This document shows, piece by piece, positions 12,952 through 23,342 of a DNA stretch of 64,000 nucleotides (position 1 is its first letter; each line of letters begins with the position of its first letter). This stretch comes from Azolla caroliniana. Taxonomy: Eukaryota > Plantae > Polypodiophyta. A model generated the notes under the pieces. It had not been told where the DNA came from and did not search any database. It was given only the letters and a program-made list of their open reading frames with translations. Made by a program: the position numbers and the translations under genes. The stretch covers positions 14,942,001 to 15,006,000 of the forward strand of contig JBHGNT010000010.1 of NCBI GenBank assembly GCA_043228905.1, in the 5' to 3' direction.

Positions 12952-15050
12952 CCTTTGGTTTTGTAAATTCTCGTTGATGTGCCAATTGTTTTGATGATGA
13001 GCCTCTATATTCCTACATATTTATTTGTGCATTCTCTTCTTGACATATTTGTTCCTTATGTTTTAATAGATGATTCCTCCATCCCACGTTACCATTGTCA
13101 CTCTCAACACTAGCATACATGTTTCCCTTGTAGTAGCATGGTGTAACATTGTGTTTTTAACAAAATGTTTTTAACAAAATGTTTTTAACACAAATTTAAA
13201 AGCAAAGTGCGCGATTATGTGACATATATTGTTTGGTCACCACAACTCATTGCAAAAAATCTCAATGTTTCAAAACCTCAAGAGCACTTGGTTTGTATTT
13301 CTCGAAGTATATTGCATTGTCGACTTTAGAAAAGCATCTTTAATGATGCAAAAATGGTGACTCGGATTTTTGTTTAATGAGCTAAATGCATCGAGTCTCG
13401 AGGGAGCTTTAGAGGAATGGCATCGTTTCCGGACAAGATAAGAGGTTTTCTATCTTGTGAATGAAATTCCAATGTTCCAAATTTTGTGCTAGAGTGCAAA
13501 GTAAGTGTTTGGCCACTCATGATGTAAAAACCATTTGAATGGTCTTCTAGTAGAGGATACATAATGATTACACTTGATTATTATTATTATTAGTTTTTTT
13601 GATTATATTTTGGTCAAAGTGAAATGTAAGTATGGTTACTTTTCCAAGGTTTATTTGAATAATGTTGATAATGTGGGTGCAATGTTTGGGAACTTGTCTC
13701 CTTAACCTTTTCCACACCATACATACATTTGTACTAGGATTACCTATTTACTACTATTGAAAGGTTTTTTGGGCGCGACAATCAAAAGGTGACATTTTAT
13801 CAAATCATCACACCCACATGTAATGGTGTGTCTCATAGAAGAACTTCATTGTTTTGTTAACATACATATCTCATGTAATGATGAATGATCTATTTAATAA
13901 TGTTATATTCAATGCATCGAATGGGTACATTTCCTAGCTGGTCGACAAGACGTTTGAATTTTTCCTGGCACCCTAGAAATCATTGGTTTGGGTAGTGTGA
14001 TAATTGATTTCTCAAACACACTTTATGGATAGCAAAAGGATATTTTATATCCATATTGAGTCAAATCTCACCTTTTTTTTATTTTGCATATCCAAGGCTT
14101 GAGATAAATCATTGTGATCATGTTGTTAACGACATGAGTGAAGGTAGTAAACCAAACCTATAAGTAACCTTTAGGGTTCGTTTGGGATATCTATGTATTA
14201 ACAAATCATTCTCGTCCCTTCTCACTCTCGTTTACAAGTAACATGTTAAATTTTCACGTGTAGAATATGTGTGGATATTTGAATTTCCTCTTTCATGCTA
14301 CTTGTTTCTCGATCAACGATTTTTTTGTCCCAAATATTCTATGTGACTCATCTTGCATTTTGTGTGTGGTCATTAAATATGATATATGTCTGGCTATTGA
14401 ATTCTTTGTAGGTAATGCACCTTCGGGATTGACTATGCCAAAAACCTACCCTTATACCTCCACACACTTAGGTGTGTTGTTTTCACAGTTACATAAGAAA
14501 AGAAACTCGTAACTACAAGCATATTCTCTCGTCCCATTACATACATTGTTCTCTCTTCCCCTTTATTTCTAGCAAGAGTTAGTCTGGATTTTTGTGTTAT
14601 TGGAATTTGAGCAAATGTTTCATTTTAACATTGATTCTCTTTACAAGTGATGACATTGGGGAATCCTTAAGTGTCCACGTCAATGCTCCCAGTGAATTTA
14701 GAGGCTGATATCTGTAAAGACAAATTACGATAACTTCATGTCTAGGGCATGAAGTAGGTTTACTATTGGTAATGTGACTTGAGATGGTTTTATGAGCATT
14801 CTAACCGTATCACTAAGTTCTACGAGCATCTTGACCTCATAGGAGTTTCCTTTATGTCATGTTTTGCTTGCCAAAGTATCTTTATGGCATCAAGTCATGC
14901 ACCATTGCAAGGGTTTAACTCGCCCTAACATCGTCATATTTACTTAGGGACAATATAGGGATATTGTATTCTCTTTGATGTTTTAATACATATAAAACTT
15001 TTATGGGGAAAAAGAGATATTTTTCATTTGTCATTTTGTGTTTACATATG

Positions 15051-15110
15051 CACACACACACACACACACACAGACACACACACAGACACACACAGACACA
15101 CACAGACACA

Positions 15111-15182
<72 letters not shown>
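15051..15182. repeat. Compound (CA)n/(CAGA) microsatellite
   Basis: Directly visible. Confidence 0.97.
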
Positions 15183-15183
<1 letters not shown>

Positions 15184-15898
15184 GCTTCTCTACACACAAG
15201 TCACTACTCTTCCATCATCATAGGAACATGAGTTAAGATGATGATTGACACTAGGTTCGTCCCCACATAACACACCTTCCAATGTATCCTTGCCTCGATC
15301 TTCATTCGCATTCCACACTTTAATGTATGATAAATCTCCATACACTTTCCCTAATATGAGAGACCACATGCAAGATGCCCATTTACCAACTTTAGTATAT
15401 CTAATGTCAACTATGATGCATCAATGCCCTCCGCCCTCCTGAACCCATGATTGCAGCCCCCCTTCCCCTTCTCGAGCTATACTTATTGCTTGAATTAACC
15501 TTGACTTGTCTCGTATGTTAACCTACACCCTCCTCCTTGAGACGAGATCGCTTCCCATTGAGATCATGGCCATGGAAAGGGTTGTTGAATACATGCTTAA
15601 GGTTCAAAAAAGCCCCTCACATCGACTTCCTAGAATTGCATGGGAAGCAAGCAAAAAGATCCAAAAGACGCATAAAAGCAAAATTTTGTGTTCCGGTTGG
15701 ATGCACGATTTAGAAAAATGGTTTGGTAGATGGGATGCAAGACACTTGCTTCATGATGCGTCACTAGATTTCTCTGTAAATGAGGCCTTTTTGCAACGCC
15801 AATGTATCATGACATGGGACAAATGTGGTGGCTCACGCTTCACACATTATACTACAAATGTTGCACCTAACTACGAAACCATATTCTTCGCGGAATGG

Positions 15899-16546
15899 TG
15901 TCGTGGAGAAAACCGTCCCTAGGAGGAATCGATGAATAGAGAGTGCGAACCGGCCCTTACATGCGGGCACATGTTTTGATGTATCGTGCATAGTTAGGTA
16001 CAGGTCGGCAATGTGAATATCCTAGGTAGCACATATGCATTAGGTAGGGAATCGAGGAGTATCTCCATCCAAAAGGACAGAAAATAAAAGTGATGTAACA
16101 GATTATAACGTCTCTCTCTCCTTGGGCTATAAAAGGGGAGGAAAGGGGACTGAGTGGGGATCGCGTTGTGGAGGACGAAGTGCTGTTGGACTAGGACCGA
16201 ACTCTTCTCCTCTGTCTTTCATCGTTCTCTACAGGTTTTGGGAGGCTTCCTTTGCTTCGTGGAAAGCCTGAGTGCTTCCGGTAGAGGCTCCATCTCGCGT
16301 TGTCCGTGTGCGTTGTGTGAGTTGGTGTCAGCGCGTTGACGCTTACCGGCTAGCTGGCTGTAACTTTGATCATAAGTATATATTTGCCTTATTCGTAGTT
16401 CGATCTTTGTTGTGAGTTCTCTGTGTATTTGTGCGTGCGGCTCGACCGCGGTTTCGTGTCGCTCCTCCCTCCGTCCGGTTATTCCCCGGTTCAAGGCCCC
16501 CGCTGTCCTGCCTTGGTTTCTCCTGCGTGTGCAGAATAACACGACA
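15899..16546 (+). repeat. 5' LTR of Gypsy A
   Basis: Direct repeat of 33604-34252; TG...CA ends; TATAAAA at ~16128. Confidence 0.95.
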
Positions 16547-16550
16547 TATT

Positions 16551-16568
16551 TGGTGAACCCGATGTGAA
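16551..16568 (+). other. Primer-binding site of Gypsy A, complementary to tRNA-Trp 3' end
   Basis: TGGTGAACCCGATGTGAA versus the plant tRNA-Trp 3' end ...GAUUCACGUCGGGUUCACCA (recalled); element B has GATTCACGTCGGGTTCACC at 46806-46824. Confidence 0.8.
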
Positions 16569-16589
16569 ACAAGGCGGTAGGAATCGAGG

Positions 16590-18715
16590 ATGAGGGGATC
16601 AGAGCTCGCCGAAGCCATGGCGGCAACAGTCGATCGGATAGTAAGTGCTCGCGAGGGCACGGACGCCCTTGACAGGGCCATTGAAGCAATTGTCGGCACA
16701 ATAGGCCGATTTGATGGGAAGGACGCCACGAGTTATTTGGTGGCCTACCGAGCCGAAATGGTGATGAGGGATATCCCGGAGGAAAGGCGTCTAGCTGGGT
16801 TCCCTCGAGTGGCGACACCGGGCATCCATGCGGATGTGCTCGAGGTGCAGGCTGGATGCCAGACTTGGGGAGAATTCGAAGCGTGGTTCCTCAAACGGTA
16901 CGGGCTTGATGACGTGCTTCGGTTATCGAAGCTAGACTTCATGGATTGGGTGGAGAGCCCCGGAAAGGGGATGAATGCGTCGGCGCTTCTCTGGGAGTTT
17001 GAAGAACGACGCTTCGCGCGACTCTCGGCACTGGACAGAGCAGTGCTGGACACGAGCCGCGTCTTGTTGTTTGTCAAATCTGTGGATGCATGGGATCGAG
17101 ATCAGGTGGGTCTCCTATTGGAGCTGGATGATGGGCTGACGACCGATTGGGCCTTGGTAAAGAGAGTCTGCGACCGTTTTGACAAATGACGTGAGTGGGT
17201 CGACAAGGGCTCATTGGGGGCAGGAGTGGCTACGGCAAGAAAGCTCGAGGGATCCCTGCCGACGGAAAGGGAGGAAACCCGGGATTGGCTTGAGACAGGC
17301 TCGACTTCGACCAGCGTGGTCAAGAGCCCGTCCGGAGGAGCGGCTCTGGAAGAGCTGACGCAGATGGTGCGAGACCTCTAGATTGCACAGGCAAGGAGGG
17401 ACGATGGTGAGCAGTTTCGCGACTGGAGGCCTCCGGGTGGGCATCAGTGCTTGTGGTGTGACGCGGTCGGTCACATCCGGAAGGACTGCGTGGACTTCGC
17501 AGAAGTGATAAGGGCTAACGTGGTGTACCTGTGGAATGGGTGGGTGCACGCTAGCGAGACCTAGAGAGCCCTGGAGCTGAATATTGGACGCGGAGGAATG
17601 AAGCGGCTGATGGAAGAAGTAGTGACGCACCATGCAGAGACCATCCACTACTCAACATTGGCAAGAATCCGGGTTGGGTGTGACGAAGGCCGGAGGACGA
17701 AGAACTCCGGGTTCTGGCCGTTGGTGCTAGAAGGCCTCGCCGGCGTGCAGTTGAGGAAGGAGGAAGCGGACCGTGCGGAAAGGTGGGTCCGGGAGGTCAC
17801 CGGGTGGGACGACCCGGTCAAGGAAATGTCCGGCTTCGTGGAGGCCGCGTGCCAGAACTACGAGGTTCTGGTAGAAGACAAGCATGCGGGGAAGGCCGGA
17901 GGGGCCGGACCCTCGCAACGGTACACCTGGTTCGGGCTGAAGCAGAATGACGTCGGTACTTCTAGCACGCCGGATAAAACAAAGAAAGCCGGTTACCGGT
18001 TGAGCACGGAGATAGAAAGAACGACGGACCTACGGAAGGTCCTTGAGGAATGAATCCTCGACAACAAGGTGGAGCTGTCGCCGAGGGAAGTGCTTGGGAT
18101 CGCCAAGAAAGAATTCCATGACTCCATCATGGACTTGGTGAAGCGAAAAAGGCTTTCGACGGAGCCGGAGTCGAAGAAGCTGGTGGAGGTGCGAACGACG
18201 CACCTAGAAGATATGACCCTGGAAGAAGAGTTGGCGGAAAGCCGCTATTCGAAGCTGCACTGGGCAAGAGCCACTACGGAGACCCTGGTTCGGATCGGAG
18301 ACGTCTAGGAGTTGGTGGTGGTGTTGGTAGACCACGGTTCGGAGATCAACCTGATGCCTATGGACTTCTACAAGAAGGGCAAGTGGCCGATCAACACCAA
18401 GCATGGGTGGAAAATACGAGCGACGACGCGCGCCACGGAGGAACTACACGGGACCTGCCCAAATGTACGAGTAAAGATCGGCGATGTCGAGATTGATCAA
18501 CTCTTCTTCGTGCAGGAGACATCCTCGCACCAGTGATCCTCGGCGAACCGTACATCACGGTGGCACGCATGGAGACGAAGGTGCTGGATAACGGGTCGGC
18601 GTATGCATGCGTGAAGAGCCAAGGTGGGCGACACTTCGTCCAATTTCTGACGGTGCGACCGAACCACGAGCGCAACTGTGAGGCCCTCGGCGGTAATAGC
18701 CGAGGGGATGTTTAG
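16590..18715 (+). pseudogene. Gypsy A gag-protease ORF (several premature stops)
   Basis: MRGSELAEA...; zinc knuckle CLWCDAVGHIRKDC (~17447); aspartic protease motif VLVDHGSEINLM (~18320). Confidence 0.85.
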
Positions 18716-19335
18716 AGAGGGCTATCAAGGCGTGGGGCCACGGTAGTCCAGACACCCCGGAGAAACCCCACACGTGTACCATAGGAAGGAAACCCTGTAC
18801 TATAGACTAGAAATTTTGGTTCTCCGACAACGGAGGCTGTACAATAACCGGCATTAGCGGCCAGGAGAAGAACCGGGTGTAGGAACATCTCAGGGCGTGC
18901 GGAGTCCTAGGCCCTGACAAAGTGATAGGCAGTGCCGTGGAGGCGGTCTCTTTCGACGATACCTTGGGAGATCTGAGGAACGTGCTCCAAGAAGGCCTCA
19001 GTGAAGATCGGACAATTCCGGTTAGTTCGGAACGGATGTACGAAGTCATCGCCGACTTCGGGAAAGGGGTCGAGTTGGATCGGACGGCCCGTGTGGATAC
19101 AAGGTACAAGAATGTGGACCGGAAGGTGAGGCCAGTTGTGGCACCCTTGCCGGAGGGCAGCGAGTGTTGTCCGGTCGACGATTACTATTTTGCCGACATA
19201 GTATAAGACGAACGTTCGTATTGAACGTTCTATCAAGAAGTTGTGGTTAGACGAATAGATACGAATTATCTGTAAACTTATCGGTGATAACAGACACCGA
19301 GATCATGACTTATGTAATATAGTTTAGGCAGAAAT

Positions 19336-19929
19336 TGTTGGGAGACAGGTCCCTCCGGATGGGAAGGGAGAAGAATAGTACTGATGAACAAACTCGATCG
19401 AGGCCGAAACCGGATGAGGAGTACCCGGCTACGGAGAGCCGGATGGTGCAGACCCGGTGAGAAGTGCTCACCGGATGAAGAGACATATTCGTAAATATGT
19501 TTCTGAGAGTCCATCGTGGCTATATTTGTAAATAGCTGAAAAGTCATATTAGTATAAATATGACTTAGGGCAAACTTTTAGTTGATGATTGTTATTCTTG
19601 TTGGTGCAAGAAGAGAGATAGCGCGTAATAGTGTACAGAGAGATAGAGAGAGAGGAAGAGGTCGCTGCCTCTGTTGTAACCGCCGCCGTTGGCGAAGATC
19701 GTGAGCACGAGGTCGTTGCCTCAGCGAACTCACTATTGTACATTCTAGCATAGTGATAGTTTGCAGCATGTGGGCTGCCGTGGTTTTTCCCTAGTTTGGG
19801 TTTTCCACGAAAACATCCTGTGTACTCTTCTCTTCTTTGTGTCGTGCGTTTCATTTCCCGTTTTCTGTGTATGATTCTAAGCTTGGTTGTGGCCGAGAGT
19901 GGCGTATAAGGAGCATGCGGTTCCCGTCA
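19336..19929 (+). mobile_element. Solo LTR (Copia family related to elements I/J) inside the 3' LTR of Gypsy C
   Basis: TGTTGGGAGA...CCCGTCA with a perfect GAAAT TSD; absent from the sister LTR at 29436-29882; homologous to 32666-33326 and to the I/J LTRs. Confidence 0.93.
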
Positions 19930-20286
19930 GAAATAAATAGATGACAAGAAGCAATCCGTACACAGAGATTTCCTAACCAAACTTTATATTACTAAATACA
20001 ACGATAGGTTTTTACAATGCCTTCGGTTCCTTTTATAGGTAACCCAAAGGTCTTTTCTCATCAAGAAATCCTATTGCCTATAATTATCAAGAATTACAAA
20101 ACTTCGTAACTAACTATGTCCTATTCGGCTCTCTGCTGAGTCATCGATCCGAACTGTTGATCCGACTCTGACTCTGACTTCGAACATCCTTCCGACTCTG
20201 GCGTATCTACACTGGTCCAGGTAACACTTGGCATGCCCGTGGGCTAGGACGTTGTCTGGCGAACCCACGGAACCCTTCTACTCCTG

Positions 20287-23198
20287 CTACTCGGAGGAAG
20301 GATCTTCCTCCATCTCCAAATCATCGTCGGCGTCGTCCTGCAAAATGTCGAATAAGGAGGGTTCTGCTTCCTGTGTTGCCACGCCTACGTCGTCTTCATC
20401 TTTATCTTTGGTGTCCTCCCCATTGTTTACCTGGCCGGCTTCTTCAGTCGATGGTCTTGGCTCTGCTGACTCCGGTGCTCTGAGTTCAGGTGTTTTGGTT
20501 ACTCTTTCGGCTTCGATATTGTCTAACTTGACCGATGTCTCGACATCATGCTTGTCGAATTCCTACATGACTCGGTTAATTTCTTCTTTAAAATAAGCCG
20601 CCCTTTGGTGTCCTCCCCATTGTTTACCTGGCCGGCTTCTTCAGTCGATGGTCTTGGCTCTGCTGACTCCGGTGCTCTGAGTTCAGGTGTTTTGGTTACT
20701 CTTTCGGCTTCGATATTGTCTAACTTGACCGATGTCTCGACATCATGCTTGTCGAATTCCTACATGACTCGGTTAATTTCTTCTTTAAAATAAGCCGCCA
20801 TGTCGTATAGGTCCTTAGCAATATCTTCCTGAACTATTGCCATTGCTTCCTCTAACATCTTGAGGAAGCCTTTGCCCTGAACTTTCCTATTTTCTCTGTC
20901 GGCTCTTAATAGTTGAAGCTCGGCAGCTTGTGCCAACCATGTTTGCCAACCCTTCTCCAGCGATTCATTGACCAATTTTAGGGTGTTAATTTGGTGACGT
21001 CTAATGATCGCTTGAACCCTGTCCTGAGTCATTCTAGCCTCAAATTGTGCTGTTGCCAATGTTTTCCGTAAATCAATGATTACCGCATTGGTATGTCCTT
21101 CTGCATGCATCAATTTAGCTTGTGCCACTAAGAGGTCAAGTCGCGGTTTCTCGGAGATTGTTTGAATTTCTGCACATCTGTTTTCCAGCTTCGCTTTCTC
21201 TTCATTCCAGTTGTTCTGCTGCTGAATTATTTTTCCGATGATTTCATCTATCAATTTGTCTTTACCAGCCAACTGTGTTGTAAAACAAGTCTCTTGGCTC
21301 TTAAAATACTCTTCCAGTTCCTCGACTTGTTGCCTTGTAGTCTCTTGCTGTTGGGCTAACTGTTTGTGTAAATCTTGTATTACATTATCCTTTCCCCCCA
21401 AACATCTGTCGGCCATCGTTTTTGCCGACTGTAATCGAGCCTCCATTTCCCTGAACTTGTCCTCAGTCTTTTTCGCCTTAATTTCTGCCTCTCTTCGTGC
21501 TTGTTCAGCTTGGTTCAACCTCTTTTGTAATTCCGAATCCGTCTCCAAAGGTTGTCTTTGTGACTCTGGTTGGAATATCTGTTCTCTCGCTTTTTCTAGA
21601 GCCACTTGTTCTTCTTGCAGTTTATTTTTCAACTGCTGATTTTCTGCCTGCATCTGTTTATACTATGCATTAAGCACATCTACAGTAGATGTAGCCTATT
21701 TGTATAATTCAGCCATATCCCTGGCCGCTCTGCTAGCCTTTTCATATTCTCGGTGTACTTCCACTAGTGCCTCATGTAATGGTGGTATTTGAATGGCTTC
21801 ACCTCTATTTTTAGCATGTCATTGTCGACCAATTCTATCCACTTCCGCTTGCTCTTTTGGTTCGATAGCTCCACATAATGACTTTTGGATCATTATTTGA
21901 TCTTTGTGCTCTTGCGCCATTCTTTCCGACACTTCTTGCAGTCTTTTAGCTAACCATTCTACCAGTTCATATGATGTTCCGAACTGCAGAATGGCAACTA
22001 GCTCATGTGCTGCTGCCGGGATGTCGGAAAAACCGAGTGCCTCTTGCACCGTTGTCGTTGATGCCTGCCCCTTTTGAACTTGTGACGTGTCATCTGGATT
22101 GACACGAGGTATTTGTGCGCTTTGGGTGGCTTGATAGTTAGTTCTTTTTTCCTTATGCGCAGGTTGTTCTTGTTCTGGTCTAGAGTATCTTTGGGGCTGT
22201 TGTTTCACCCTGCGTTGCTTCGGTGATTGCTGGTCACTGTCAACTCGTCTTGATTCCTTCAGCTGTGATTGTTGGTCGTCTGTCGTCCCTCGTTGTTGCA
22301 TCCTCTATGGTTGAGACTCCGGCGGTTGAGTCGACAATTGTTGGGTAGGTTCGGGTTGCGGTATCGACAGTTGAGACTGCGTCGGCTGTTGTTGTTCCGA
22401 TTCTTGTTGGTGCCTTGGTTCCGGTTGGTCAAATTCGGTCTGAGTGGTATTGTCCTACGTTGATTCTTCTTACCTCCACTCTTCTTGTTGGACTTGTCAT
22501 CGGGTTCGGGATGACTGTACCTGAGGCGGCCGACGCACCTCTGATCGGTTTTCCGACTCTGAAGTCGGAAATAATACCGATAACCAATGAGCAAAAATTG
22601 GCTTCATTGGTTTTCCTTTCTGAACTCCATTCAGTTGCTCTCTTAGAGCATCTGCCAACAATAGACCCCAATCGAAAGCTTCACCCTTATAAGCGGCAAT
22701 AATAAATCCGGCCCTCTTTTTGGGCATACAGTAGAATCTGGGACTAACAAACCCTACTTCCAATAAAATTTTTGCAACTTCATGAAAAAACATGTCCCTA
22801 CCTCCTTGTGTCTAATACGCTTTGGTAGAGGGCAAATATTCACCAAAATAGGACCGCAAAACATCCTTTGTGACCTTGTTGATAGCGTCGAACCCACCTC
22901 TTGGCATCTCCAACAAGACCCTTACCTTCTTATTCGTGATCGTCGAGACATCAATTTCTGCCAACAGAGCTTCCACGTTCGGGTGCGGCTCTGTTTCTGC
23001 GACTTTCAAAAATCCCTGTAACTTATTGCGAACAAGCCAGCGATGCAAGTTGTCAGATACGACAATCGGCATGTTGTCGTCGTCGATTAACAGATCGTCA
23101 CTTAGTGATGGCTATGAGAAACGTTGTGGGCTATGGCGACAAAAATCAAAAAACCTCTGACCTCGAATGTGTTTCTGCTTCTGTGGTGAAACAATCAT
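20287..23198 (-). pseudogene. Extra ORF of Gypsy C (~900 codons): globular N-terminus with DWG motif, Q/P/E-rich linker, long coiled coil, acidic tail
   Basis: ORF-track pieces 22812-23072, 22497-22793, 21819-22301 and 20760-21653 all lie in one frame starting at ATG 23198. It is broken by single premature stops and a 197-bp duplication. Confidence 0.8.
20406..20799. repeat. 197-bp tandem duplication
   Basis: 20406-20602 matches 20603-20799, with no differences seen by eye. Confidence 0.95.
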
Positions 23199-23342
23199 TA
23201 CAGAAATAGGATTTAAGAGATTAATTTTTTGCATGCTGCCTAGGGAATAAAAGTACTATTAATGTTGTAATGACTAGGTGTACTAGTGGAGTGACGGCTA
23301 GAAATAGTAATAATGACTAATAGAAATATGCCTCCACTACTT

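Noticed and set aside
13380-14760. Exon-like patches with splice-like signals (e.g. GTAAGT at 13501, TTTGTAG at ~14405)
   Set aside because: Stops occur in all candidate frames and there is no recognisable homology; a gene call cannot be supported.
14915-15236. CV/HT-repeat ORFs
   Set aside because: Artefacts of the (CA)n tract.
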